From assembly GCA_964016885.1 (NCBI GenBank), contig OZ024741.1:208072001-208136000 (forward strand): a stretch of DNA of 64,000 nucleotides, given 5' to 3'. This DNA is from Eledone cirrhosa (taxonomy: Eukaryota). Of this stretch, positions 12,631-25,087 are shown piece after piece; the stretch's first letter is position 1; the number at the start of each line of letters is the position of its first letter. Made by a program: the position numbers and the translations under genes. The notes under the pieces were generated by a model. That model ran no database searches, was not told the DNA's origin, and saw nothing but the letters and a program-made list of their open reading frames with translations.

Positions 12631-14984
12631 ATCAGGACCCCAGGGCAGCTGGACCGGCCGGCTTGAAGATCTCGGCAGGAATCCCGTCCTTCCCAGGAGC
12701 CTTTCTTGAGCTGATCTGGTTGATTACCTTCGTGACTTCATTCAACGTGGGGGGAGGGGGTCGACGCTGCCGACTAGGGGCTTCTGTGGGACCTGGTTGA
12801 GGGCGGCAGGGTCGACAGTGGAGGGCATGTTTAGAAGGTTGCTGAAGTGCTCTCGCCACCTCGAGTTGATGCTGCTCTTCTCCTTCAGCAGAATCGAACC
12901 GTCAGTAGACAGCAGCGGTGTGGTGACAGGCTTGGACGTCCCCGATGGCGCTGAAGAACATCTTGGAGTTCTTTGTGTCAGCGTATCTCTCGACTTCTTC
13001 GGTTTTCTTTTCCCTCCACTTGTCCTGCATTCTGCGTAGTGCTGCTTGGGTCTGCCTCTGGAGCTGCTTGAAGCGGTCGCGTTTCGAGGTGGAGGAGCTG
13101 TCTTTCTGCCACTCAATAAAAGCCTTCTCTTCTCGTCCAGGAGTTGTCTGATGCGCTCATCGTTTTCAACAAACCAGTTCTGGTCGACTCTCTTCCTCGG
13201 CCCGATGGTTGCCTTGGGTGACTCTCTCACCAGCGAACTGAACTGGTCCCACTGTTGAGTTGGGGGTCCGGTCAGTGGTCCATGGACAGTCAGCCGGCGG
13301 TCCAGGTCTTCCGCGAACGCATCACGATGCTTGAGTCATGCGACGTCGAAAGCTGGCCTACAGACTTTCGGAGACTTGCGATCCGTCGGGTTGATGTGCA
13401 GTGATAGGATGGTCCTGACAAGGCGATGCTCTGTCCAACACTCTGCACCACGAATGGCCCAGGTTATTCTGACATCACGGATATCCCTCCTGCGGCATAT
13501 GGCAAAGTCAATCAGATGCCACTGTTTGGATCTGGGGTGCATCCATATCGTCTTGAACTTGTCTGCCTGGCGGAACAGTGTGCTGGTGATGGTGAGGTAG
13601 TTCTCGGCGCAGAAACTCAACAGTATGAGGCCGTTAGAGTTCAGCTTCCTTGTGCCGTGAGGTCCCAGCACGCCTCACCACTTGCTGCTGTCAGACCCGA
13701 CTCTTGCGTTGAAGTCCCCCAGTAGGATGAGTTTATCGCTTGGGGGACCGCGTTGAGTTCCCTGTCCTTTGCTTCATCGCTGCTGGCGAGAGTGGGGACG
13801 TACGCGCTGATGACTGTGACATGCCGAGATGGGTCGAGGGGGAAGCGGAGCTTCATCAGCCATTCACTCACAGGTGTTGGGAGGTCTGGTAGCTGCTTGC
13901 AGAGTGAAGTCATGATGGCCAGGCCTACCCCGTGGATTCTGTCCTCGTCCTTTGCATTACCCTTCCAGAAGAAGGTGTAACCTCCTTTCGGTTCTGCTAC
14001 TGATCCTTCTTCGGCAAGTATAGTCTCGGTGAGGGCGGCTATGTCGATCCGGTAGCGAGCTAATTCCCTCGCTATGCGGGCAGTTCTTCTCTCTGGCCTC
14101 AGGGTTTCCCTATCCATGAGGGTGCGAACATTCCATGTGCCAAGAATCAAATTCTTCTTTCTATTATGTTGGTTTCGACCACTTGCGAGGGTAAAACCGC
14201 CAGCCGCGGTAGACTGGCCGGCTTTGTGTGGGACGAACATTTGGTTAGGACTCCTTTTATCGCCCCTCCCCTCGTGCGAGGGAGAGTAGTGCTCCCCTGA
14301 AAATGGCTGCTCAGTCACCCGGTGGAACGCCTGATCTCCTTTGTCATCCCAGGGTCAGGAGAAGCGCTTACGCATCCAGGCCGCTCATGTGTGGGTTTGA
14401 GACTGGCAATTCCCAGAGGTTACCTCCACCTGTTACCTCCGCCGCTCGCCCATCGCCGCAGGGCTTTGGGGGTGCACGCTAAAGAAGAAACCTGTGCGGG
14501 AAAGCTTTATAGTGGGAGGGCCAGTGCACAGTGACGGTCCCACTCACTCGTCAGCAGAAGCCAGAATCCGGTGGTATGGAGGTCCGTCACGACCAGGGAC
14601 TTACTTGGCTGCAGTGTATAGCCACGACGTCTGTAGTGCCTTGCCGTGCCCTAGCGCTCCACACCGCTTGCTGTCGCCGCCTTCGTGACTGTTGGGAGGA
14701 TGTTGTCTTCCTCCACTCAGTCCGCCGGGTCCAGTCTTCGCATGCATGGGCAGGCATCCCCTATCTAACTCACGGGGGTGTTTCAGACCCGTCCGGCTAC
14801 CCTCAACTTGGTTCGGCCTGCCAGCCAAGGCGGTTTACTAGAGTGTGGCCGCTGTCGCATGCTACAGCTTCTTGGAGCCACAGGTGAGAGCTGAGTGCCA
14901 GGTGGGACCCAATGCAAGCGAGCTGTCCTGAAAAGGGCATGGCTATCTCTCCCTACAGAGGTACATGCCCCTCCCTGACACCCC
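12631..14984 (-). mobile_element. RTE-clade LINE with intact 5' UTR, APE domain and RT start; 3' part missing
   Basis: LILGTWNVRTL..PERRTA.IARELARYRIDIAALTET; TIWMHPRSKQWHLIDF; CWTEHRLV; WREHFSNLLN; KAPGKDGIPAEIFK. Confidence 0.92.
14799..14984 (-). ncRNA. Candidate HDV-like ribozyme at the RTE 5' end
   Basis: P1 GGGGUGU/ACACUCU; P2 CUCUCACCUG/CAAGUUGAGGG; P3 GGC/GCC; L3 starts UCC; P4 CCGCC/GGCAGG; J4/2 CCGAA. Confidence 0.55.
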
Positions 14985-15499
14985 AGGTGAGTACCAGTGA
15001 TATTAATAAAGAAGGTTCAGGTTATTTTGTCCTGCTGTTATAATTCAACCACTGCACCAGGTAGATCTGTAACCACATTAATGATCCTTTTTTTCTTTCT
15101 TTCATTATAAGTTTTTTCTGGAGCTGGAATATTGTAATCAGGGCATAGGTTATGTCCCTTTGGAGTATATCTTGTTGCATAAAAGTCATCCTTTACAAAA
15201 TATGCCTAGTAACACATCCAAGTTCTGAGCAACTGTACAACAATGACAATTAATAGTATGTTGCACAAGATTGTCTTTCACAAAGAGTGTATAAAGGCAA
15301 TGGTGCTAATGATTGCAAATTGCACCAATGCAGTAACTGCAAAGGGTTAACCAATCCAACCATGTAGCAACTATATTGGTTCACTACTCGCTGAAAATGT
15401 CTTATCCTTTTACCTTCTTCGGTCTTTCACTCACATGAATATGCCTCATCCATCATGAAGGATTTTCTGTTTGCCCCTCCAATCTATGAATTACGGATC

Positions 15500-15750
15500 T
15501 GCTGTTTTCCTGAAATCCATTACCAACCAAGTAGGACATTCTAAATCTAACCTACAAACACACAGGAAACCACCACTATTCGAAGCACTGTACACAGATC
15601 TTCCGTTTCCATTCCTCTAACATTCCTTAAATTCTTCATAATTTAAGCCCTTATTTTCGTGTACTTTCTCCATCTGTGTTTCTAGGGCGCCATCAACTTA
15701 ACAATTAGGATATTTTTTGTCAAGCCTGACCGTGCCATTATGGCATATTT
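15500..15750 (-). mobile_element. Possible very decayed restriction-like endonuclease end of an R2/Hero-type LINE
   Basis: Remnant KLMAP*ETQMEKVHENKGLNYEEFKEC resembles ELTVPWE....AHERK..KY. Confidence 0.35.
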
Positions 15751-15779
15751 ACCACCATATTCCAATTATTAACACAGTG

Positions 15780-16275
<496 letters not shown>

Positions 16276-16670
16276 ATGTGCGTTTGTATGTTTACAATAT
16301 TTAAATGAATGTTATTTCCAGGTTGAACGCGGGTTACATAGCCCCAAGTTTGACCCAGCAGGGTGCATGTAATCCGCTGACTCTATGTACTGCAGAGCTT
16401 AGAACAACAACTATTTAATTGATCCAGTTTTGTGACCTGTTCTACCTCCCCAAGCACATTGACAGAAACCAGACATGACGTCATTTCCGCTCTTTGTTCC
16501 TTCATTCCTCTCAAGCATACATAGATATATGCATGTATACATAATGTATGTCTACATTAATACATAGATATGTGTGTGCCCCCTCCCTCTCTCTCTCTTT
16601 CTCTCGCGCTGTCTCTATCTCTCTCTCACGCTCTATATATATATATGCATATTTATAATTGTAATGATTG

Positions 16671-16709
<39 letters not shown>

Positions 16710-16773
16710 GTGTGTGTGTGTCTGTGTGTGTCTGTGTGTGTGTGTGTGTGTGCATGTGTGTGTGGATGGGTGT

Positions 16774-16822
<49 letters not shown>

Positions 16823-17042
16823 GCGTATGTGATTCAGTGAATTACTGGTGGCGGTACCAAAGCGAGGACTCGATGCGCATGCAGATATATATATATTATG
16901 AAAAACAAAAATTTCGTTTACATGTAGTTAGCTTTCTTGTTGTTTATCGACTTATATGTCTATATACATATATGTGTGTGCGTGTGTGTGTGTGTGTCTA
17001 ACGAAACTTACAAAGCTAGACACGTTTTTGTATATATATATA

Positions 17043-17231
17043 ACTGTTTCTACTTTAGGCACAAGGCCAGCAATTACCCAGTGCATTACTGGTACTATAT
17101 TTTATCGACCCCGTAAGGATGAAAGGCAAAGTCAACCTCGGCGGGATTTGAACTCAGATCGTAAAGGGTCGTAACTATGCAGGAAAGCATGGCGTCCGAC
17201 GCTCTACCGATACTGCCAATCCACCGCCCTG
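17043..17231 (-). mobile_element. tRNA-derived SINE; second copy at 45603-45795
   Basis: A box (GGATTGGCAGTATCGG), B box (GAGTTCAAATCC), central GTTGACTTTGCCTTTCATCCTTACGGGGTCGATAAA; two similar copies. Confidence 0.8.
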
Positions 17232-17249
17232 TATATATATATATAACGA

Positions 17250-17502
17250 TAGTCGATCGATCGACAAGATCCAAGACCTCATTCGGTGAGCGAGGGGGTT
17301 GGAGCTGGTCAAATGAGACAGAGTAAACAATGTTTCCTTTGGTCTTTCCAATTGCTAGTACTATCTGTCGATCATATCTCCAGGCAGAAGGAGTAATGTG
17401 AAATAAAGTGTCTTGCTCAAGGACATAACGTATCGCCCGTTCTGGGAATCGAAATCACAATTGTGAATCAAATTCTCTAACCACTAAACCGCGTGCCTTC
17501 AC
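17250..17502 (-). mobile_element. tRNA-derived SINE (second family)
   Basis: GCGGTTTAGTGGTTAGAG A box, TTCGATTCC B box, GTCCTTGAGCAAGACACTT central motif. Confidence 0.7.
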
Positions 17503-17559
17503 AAATGAATGTATGAATGTATGTATATATATATATGTGTGTGTGTGTGTGTATATATA

Positions 17560-17607
17560 TAGTAATACTAAATGTCAAGACTAAAATACGAAGAGGGCTC
17601 GATAAGG

Positions 17608-17663
<56 letters not shown>

Positions 17664-17710
17664 CCTTATCGAGCCCTCTTCGTACTTTAGTCTTGACATT
17701 TAGTATTACT

Positions 17711-17711
<1 letters not shown>
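17560..17711. repeat. Two inverted ~50 bp PLE tails flanking a (TA)n centre
   Basis: 17560-17611 is the reverse complement of 17660-17711; both resemble the tail at 18880-18930. Confidence 0.85.
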
Positions 17712-17756
<45 letters not shown>

Positions 17757-17758
<2 letters not shown>

Positions 17759-18926
17759 TTATTAAAATAACAGATTAAAGTTTAAGCAAAGAATCGCTGC
17801 TTTCACCCTTTCACCTTTGACCGAATGAATCTCCGCTACAGAGTTATTACGATCTATACGTGGATATTTTACGTCTTGATGTGGGAGCTATATGTTTTGT
17901 TTATTCCTTTACTTATTTGCATAGGTAAGTATATATTACCCGTATGTTTGGTGAAGGTATGTATACCTTCTCGTACGTATATTTGACTGTTATGGCGTAT
18001 AATTTTTACATATTCTGGTATTTAGGGTTTGGTTATGTGTATATGGGAGTTTTGCGTCTGCGTGAGTATGCAGGTTCGTACGTATGGTGGGTGTGTGTAT
18101 ATGTGTACTTCTTGTTTTAGTTGACTTACGTCTCCGAACCTTCGTGTATTTATTTGTAGGTATGTGTGTGCGCTTGTTATATACGTATTTATTTACTTAT
18201 ATACGTTTATATAATTATTTATTTATTTGTACACAAGCATACACACATACACATATTTATATGTGCGTGGTTTTGTATACCTTGATAAGGTTTTGCGTAT
18301 GCTTGTGTATGTACGTATCTGTTTGCGTGTATGTATTTATTTGTTTCTATTACTTCTGTATTGTATTTATTTACTTTGTTCTTAACTCTGTAGCGGAGAT
18401 TCATTCGGTCTCCTAGTTAGAATTTTAGTCTACAACTTCTGCTATACCATTTACGTGGTTTTGTCTTTGCGTGCTATTGTTCTCCACGCTCCACATAAGA
18501 CTTATTATCTTCGTTTTTTCGTTCATTGCCAGAGAACGTCTCTATGCACCACTTAGAGAATATTAGTCTACGACCTCTTTTATACCATAAACGTGGTTCT
18601 GTCTTTGCGCGTAATTGTTTTTCTCCGCTCCTATTAATGACGTATTATTCGTTTTTTCCCGTTCTTTGCCAACGAACGTCACCATGAACCAAAGTATCGT
18701 CTTCCTGTCTTCCTCCGGTTGCAACGTTTTTTGAAATATCCAGTTCTGCGTTTACAGATTGACTTTGTTAGTTTCAGAAGATCCCGTTAATGGTGAAAGC
18801 AGCGATTCTTTGCTTAAACTTTAATCTGTTATTTTAATAAATATTTGCTCTTCGGTTCTTATATATTGGATATTTATTTTCCTTATTGAGCCCTCTTTGG
18901 ATTTTAGTCTTCAATTTTATTATTAT

Positions 18927-18932
<6 letters not shown>
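17757..18932 (+). mobile_element. Solo pLTR of Hydra-like PLE family B with short inverted left end
   Basis: Closely matches 30004-30995; 17757-17808 inverted to 18792-18843; internal ~140 bp duplication. Confidence 0.85.
18754..18829 (+). ncRNA. Hammerhead-like motif with CAGAAGA (U4A) core
   Basis: ACAGAUUGA..AGUUU-CAGAAGA-stem II-GAAA-GCAG..UUGC-UU-AAACU UUAAUCUGU. Confidence 0.6.
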
Positions 18933-18971
<39 letters not shown>

Positions 18972-18977
18972 CATACA

Positions 18978-19028
<51 letters not shown>

Positions 19029-19120
19029 GTAGAGATCCCGTTATGGATGAAAGCAGCGATTATTTGCTTAAACTTTAATCTGTTCTTATAATATATATAT
19101 ACATTGATACATACATACAT

Positions 19121-19746
19121 TATGGCTGCCCCCTCGTTATCGAGTATGGCCATAGCACGATATACCATTATTAATAATTATTAATTAATTCTATCGTGCA
19201 ATGCCTGTGCATGAAGATATTTTTTAAAGTGAGGAAAGACTGTGCACTGAGCCAATCCCACTCTCTGAGCGACAGTACCTATAACCCGAAAAGAAGAAAA
19301 GATCAACATCATCGGTAACTACTGAGCCGTAGGTTTTATATCGGAGTTATGCCAGTTTCCTGAGTTGCCTTCTCCTAGAAGAATGCTCTGACAAAGGCTA
19401 GGGATCCTTCACACCCAGTGGTTTAACCACGCGTTCGGGTGTCCAGCCCGACTATTTCTATGTCCCTGCGCATATACACACACATGCTACCATGTATATA
19501 CACATATACATATACATACATTATGTACATGTGTATATACATATTTACACACTTTTGGATGGCCGTTAACTCTTATGAGTTCTTCCGCCCTTTGTCAGGT
19601 TTTGTTTATTGCCCTGCAGGGTGTCCAAAATCACCCTCCGCACCAAGTAATCTAGATGGGGTTGTCGGTTTAGTCGCCGACGACCCGACCAAGTGACAGA
19701 TTATACTGGGTTACATGTTACCAGTAGCACTCAAGAGTGACCCGAC
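19121..19746 (-). mobile_element. RTE-derived non-autonomous element (5' UTR plus 3' end) between (ATAC)n tracts; diverged copy at 53311-53920
   Basis: Both copies share termini (ATGGCTGCC..CTCGTT.TCGAGTA and CATGTTACCAGTAGCAC..GTGACC.GAC) and (ATAC)n on both sides. Confidence 0.7.
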
Positions 19747-19829
19747 ATACATACATACATACATACATACATACATACATACATACATACATACATACAT
19801 ACATACATACATACATACATACGTACGTA

Positions 19830-20945
19830 CAAATATATGGGAATATTACACCCGATTAAGAAAAATATGGTCATCGGAACTCTCTGCGCACAATAAAACA
19901 GTGGCACACAATGTGTTTGCTGTGCCTGTCCTAACACCAACGTTTGGAATACTCTATTGGACGATAGACGAAATCCGAGAAATTGATGTTAAAACTCGAA
20001 AAATTCGAAACAACACCGGAAACTTCCACATCAACAGTGACATAGACCGCCTTGAAACGTAAGCAGGGAGGCAGAGGCCTAATATCAGTCCAGACAGCAT
20101 TTGAGTGTCACATCATATCCCTCCCACAACATTTATGAACCTCCAAGCGGCGGAGCCCATCTATTGAGAAAGTCTATCTGCATGCGACAGATAAGATCAG
20201 GAGCGTTGGGAAGGAACTCTGTGAAAGATACTCGCTGCATGATAATCAAAAGCTCACACCCAAGGAAATTGCCCTGCAGTACCGCAGTGAATCCATGGAT
20301 GAAAAACTGCATGCTTATCAGCAAAAATCCATGCAAGGATATGTAGCCAGGAAGCTCCAGAGTAGAATAGATAAGCAAAGTAGTCTATCTTGGACCAACA
20401 ACCGCTATATTGGCTCCCACTTTGAAGGATACGCCTTTTCAATCCAAGAACAGAAAATCAACACAAAATACCTGATTCACAAAAGAGATAGGAATGCAGG
20501 CAAAACACCTAGATGTGACAACAAGTGCAGACTCTACAGAATTAACATCGAAAATATCAACATGGTACTATCTACCTATGAGGTATGATGTAGTAGTCAC
20601 TGTTCAATGCGATCCGTAGAAAATATAGTCCCGACAATAAACACATTAAAAGGTACAGCAATGTGGAAGACATACATGATATGAAAGAGTACTGGTAGAA
20701 TGTTCCAGTAAAACCCCAATAAAATGCAGGCATAATAGACCAGATATGATGATATGGGAGAGGGAAAAGAAGGCATGCACAGTTATATATATGGGATATG
20801 TTAGTAACTGCCCCAGTACAAATCTTGAGAAGCTGGCTGGGCTTCACAGAAACAGAAAGAACATGACTAGTTAGAAATTTACAAGTACAATCCATTACTG
20901 GAACAGTAAAAATACGTAAAACATTCCAAACATTTTGCATATACA
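19830..20945 (+). mobile_element. R4/Dong-like RLE LINE 3' fragment
   Basis: EYYTRLRKIWSSELSAHNK..FAVPVLTPTFGIL.WT..EI..ID.KTRK; GGRGL; IQEQ.INTKY; KCRL zinc-knuckle remnant; HNRPDMMIW. Confidence 0.82.
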
Positions 20946-21115
20946 CTTGTACAGATACAAAGCATATGCACATGCACAAATATAACTCAAATCATCCACA
21001 TCCACTCATACAATAACATCCATATCTACACATGCATACATACAAACATGCATACATATCTATCTAGTTGATATTGTGTAAATTTCAATGAGAGCGTCTT
21101 GTATCTATGTTAGAA

Positions 21116-21184
<69 letters not shown>

Positions 21185-21314
21185 TGGTAAAAATTTGTGA
21201 AATTATAAAACCAGAAGAACATACATGCATACATACATACATAGTACATATATCGGCTGCATGTATAGTTGTAATCACTAAAGAATGAGACCTCAATCAT
21301 AGATGTAAATATAA

Positions 21315-21470
21315 ACTATATTGTATAAGATACATGGTTAACTGGCGTTTACCTTCTAAGGGACACGTTGTTTGCTGAAGTTTGTTTCACTTCATTCTTC
21401 GGCCTTCCAGGAAACTCCGAGGATCTTAGAAGTTATACGCCAGTTTGCCATGTATTTTATACAATATAGT
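21315..21470. repeat. Small fold-back (about 46 bp imperfect arms)
   Basis: 21315-21360 inverted to 21425-21470. Confidence 0.7.
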
Positions 21471-21487
21471 ATATGAATATATATAAA

Positions 21488-24400
21488 CTAGCAGAAATAC
21501 CCGGCGTTGCCCGCGTGTAAGTCGACCTTTGCTCTGTTGTTAAAAGGTGTGAAAGTTACTTCCCGCGCATCACAGGTGCAAAAACCTTCGAACCTCAAGG
21601 AAAAAAAACAGAGGTTAGTAGACGCAGGTGTGTAATTGAGCATAAATAATGTATCAATTGTAGGTACACAGTGTATCGTTGAAATTGTTCTTTGCACGAC
21701 TGACAGAAGTCAAATTCACTTGAAATTGAATTTTCAGTTGAATTTTAAAGCAGGGTGAAAAAGTCGATCTTTTAACAGTTTTTTTTTTTTTTTACAATTT
21801 TCGCCCTTACATGTGCAGAAGAAGAAATAAAAGGGACTTTATCTGAACTGCAGCATAATGGCGAGTCTTTTGCCACAGTTTTCAAGAAAATCGGACGTTC
21901 CTGTAAAAGGTTTTCCCATGTGCAACTTTGCCTTGTTCTTTGCGCAAAGTCGAACCCCCGCTTCAGTTTTATTGATTTTTTCACATGAATGCGTGACCTC
22001 TGAAGTAGATTTGAGTAGCTAAAAACCTGTCCCGGTAAATTTGCTATAGGTGAAAAAAAGTTGATCAAAATTGTGTCTAGGGTTATTGTCCTTTGCAACA
22101 GCCTCAACGTGTCTTCAAGTATGGTTTGTTAATTTGTTGTGGAACTAAATCGACTCTCGTCAAATCGGACCGGGGAAACAATGTTTCCATTTGTCTTTCT
22201 AGCTGGTGTACCCGGTTACACTCGGAGTTATAAGGCGCTGGATTTAAACGGGTCTGCGCTAAATTCCAGCAGGATGCTTTAACTGAAATAAATGAAGAAC
22301 AAACGTTTCTTTTTGTGCTCCAATCTGTGATATTGGTATTTTGAAAAAATAGTCCAGAAACATCCATGGAGCATGTATAACGCATGTATCAGGTTATGAG
22401 AAAAAGGGTTTTCGATTCTCCATTCATAAGATACCCAAAAAATTGCACGCAAATAAACTGGGATTTTAAGGCACTGCCCAATTCATAGCTGAAAGGTAGG
22501 TATCAAGTGGAATAATGTTTTGCGACATTGTCATATGTACAACTGTACAAAAGCCTAGGATATAGCCATTGAAATCTAGGTATACCAAATAATTTGGTGG
22601 GGTTGTATATCAGAGGATTGTTTTCATTGTGATTCGCGTCTAGCCTACAAAGTGAAGTTAGGTGATTGTAGTCGGTGTTGTATCAATAAAAAATAAAAGC
22701 ATACGGAAGACTGAACACTTATGAATTAAGTGAAAATCACGTTGATATTCCTATCGGAGCAACATGTGCCGAAAAACCTGACGGACTTTTGTGTCAATAT
22801 TGAAATCGTAGATATTGCGAATCCCGACCTCTAAGATGTAATGGATAGGCCTTGGAGGTGAAGAGGGAGAATTGGTACAATTGTTTTGCTGAACATGTTG
22901 ACCATTAATTTAAATAGACTTACGCAGCATCATCGTGCGGTTTAGTTGTTTATGGCCTAGAATTAGGGCCGGTGAAACGCGGCAGAAAAATAAGCCATGC
23001 TGATGATGTTTAGGGGCGACGCAGGGAATAGATGCGGCGTTGTGAGTCAATTGTGAGGACAGTGGAAGGCACGCTGATCGCTTGAGAAGACGCGATGCTA
23101 CACAGGATGCTTCTCGGCCACAATTGACAGAAAGTCATGTCAGGAGAAATGAAAGAGTTTCTATTCATCCTTTACTTAGCATGATGAACATGTAATTAAA
23201 AAGATTTACCATGGACTATCGTGCACGTTATTATTGTGTTTAGCCTGCGAAAATCGGTGGTCAAATGGGGCAACAATAAGCCATGCTGATGACGTTTAAG
23301 CGGGTGGCAAGGAATTGATGCGGCATAGATAGCCATGGGAGTCTTAAAGAAAGAGCTGAGGAGGGATGGTGGCTGACAGTGCATGGATGCGGCATCCTGA
23401 GGCATGACGATGCAGTGGGACGACGGCCAGCAGGCAAGGAAGAAGGCAGGGTTGTACGGTGGCAAGGATGCCGCATGCTGAGCCATGGCAGTCTTGAAGG
23501 AGCACTGCGAGCAGGTAAAAGAAAGGGCCGAGGAGAGGATGGGGGATAACAGAGCATTGATGAGGCATGGTGATGCATGACGATGCAGTGGGACGACGGC
23601 ATGCAGAGAACGTAGATGGCTGGGGTTGACGGTGACAGGTATGCGACTTGGTCCCTCAAGACTGCCATGCCTAGGCAGTGGAAAGGGTCGGGGAGTGGAT
23701 GGCGGCTGACAGGGCAGGGATGCAACATGATGAGGCATTTTGAAAGGGCAGGGTGCATGGCGGCTGACAGGGCGTGGATGCGGCATGCCAATTGAGTTGC
23801 ACCTCGGGAATGTAGAGAGCACCGGGAGGCACGATGATTGTTTGAGAAAACCGGGTGCAAGGTAGAAGCACGGCGGGCAAGCAAAAGAAAGGGCTAAGAA
23901 GGGGATGGTGGCCGACAGGGCAGTAATGCGGCATGGTGAGGCATGACGATGCAGTGGGACGACGGCGTGCAGGGAAGGAAAAGGGCAAGGGTTGACGGTG
24001 GCAGGGATGCGGCTTGGTCAGGCATGGAAGTCTTGAGCTCTCACGGAGTGTAGGCAACGGAAACGGGCAGGGGTGGACGGTAGCAGGGATTCGGCATGTT
24101 GAGGCGTGGCAGTCCTTAGGGACCACGGATGGCAGGCAATGGAAAGGGCCGGGGAATGAATTGCGGCTGACAGGGCAGAGATGCGCATGGTGATGCACAA
24201 CGATGCAGTGGGTCAACAGCGTGCAGGGAAGGGAGAGGGCAGGGGTTGACGGATGCCTCATTATGCTACGTTAGTGGGACCACGGGAATGAAGAAAGCGC
24301 ATGGAGGCTCGATGATCGCTTGAGAAGACTGGGTGCCATACAGGATGATGCGCGGCGGTATAGTCTTGATAGTCCTTATATAAGAAATGGAAGAATTGTC

Positions 24401-25087
24401 ATAAAAAGTTTGCTGAATATGGTGAGCGTTAATTTAAAGAGACTTACGGTGGATAATCCTGATAGATTGAGCGTCTTTTGCATGGCGGGAGTCGCGACAA
24501 ATGGAAGCAAGAAGAATGGCGTTTTTCGGTTGCCGGATGGTGATGCTCAATGAAGCTGATAGATAACGGCGTGCGCGATGGGATGCTTTAAGGCTCTGCA
24601 TGGAGAATTGACTCCAGGGTTGCGCCATTGATAATTAAACTATGAATAATTGTCTACTCTTAAAGGTATCATTTAACGCATGATTTATGAGTTTAAAATA
24701 ACTTTTTGAATTTGTGCAGCCTTGGAGTAACTCCTAATGGATCTATTATTGTGGTAATATCAAATTTCATTGAAATCGGACGAATTCTGAAAATATCGAT
24801 TTTTGCCTCTGGGGGTCCGATTATCGAATTTTCGATAATCCCCGGATCAAAATACACACTTGCGTCGAGGTTCATCGAAATCGGACGATTTTTAAAAATA
24901 TCGATTTTTTGGCTTCTGGGTGACCAGTTATCGATTTTTGGAAACTTTCAAGTAGCCTATTCCAATCTACGGGTCGAGTTTTATATGTGTCAAGTTTCAT
25001 GAAAATCGGATGAACGGTGTAGCCTGCAAGTTCGGGACACCAAACAAACAAACAAACAAAGTCCAACTTCACTTTATATATTAGATA
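21488..25087. mobile_element. Helentron/DINE-like non-autonomous element with an internal GC-rich degenerate tandem array
   Basis: Left end ACTAG..ACCCGGCGTTGCCCG; right end (CAAA)n..CTTTATATATTAGAT; that both ends belong to one element is inferred. Confidence 0.55.
23270..24290. repeat. Degenerate GC-rich tandem repeat
   Basis: Recurrent GGCATGACGATGCAGTGGGACGACGGC and GGCTGACAGGGC..GATGCGGCAT modules. Confidence 0.75.

Noticed and set aside
14500-14556. Minus-strand CUGACGA..AGUGGGA/UCCCACU in the RTE UTR as a hammerhead; also a twister reading of the 5' UTR
   Set aside because: GAAA is replaced by AUAAA and stem I is unconvincing; the twister L4 UCCCAAGC motif is absent
17140-17231. tRNA gene
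   Set aside because: A and B boxes belong to a SINE head; no complete cloverleaf
23196-24261. ~200 aa Cys/His/Pro-rich ORFs
   Set aside because: Open in several frames because of a GC-rich degenerate repeat; no domain recognised
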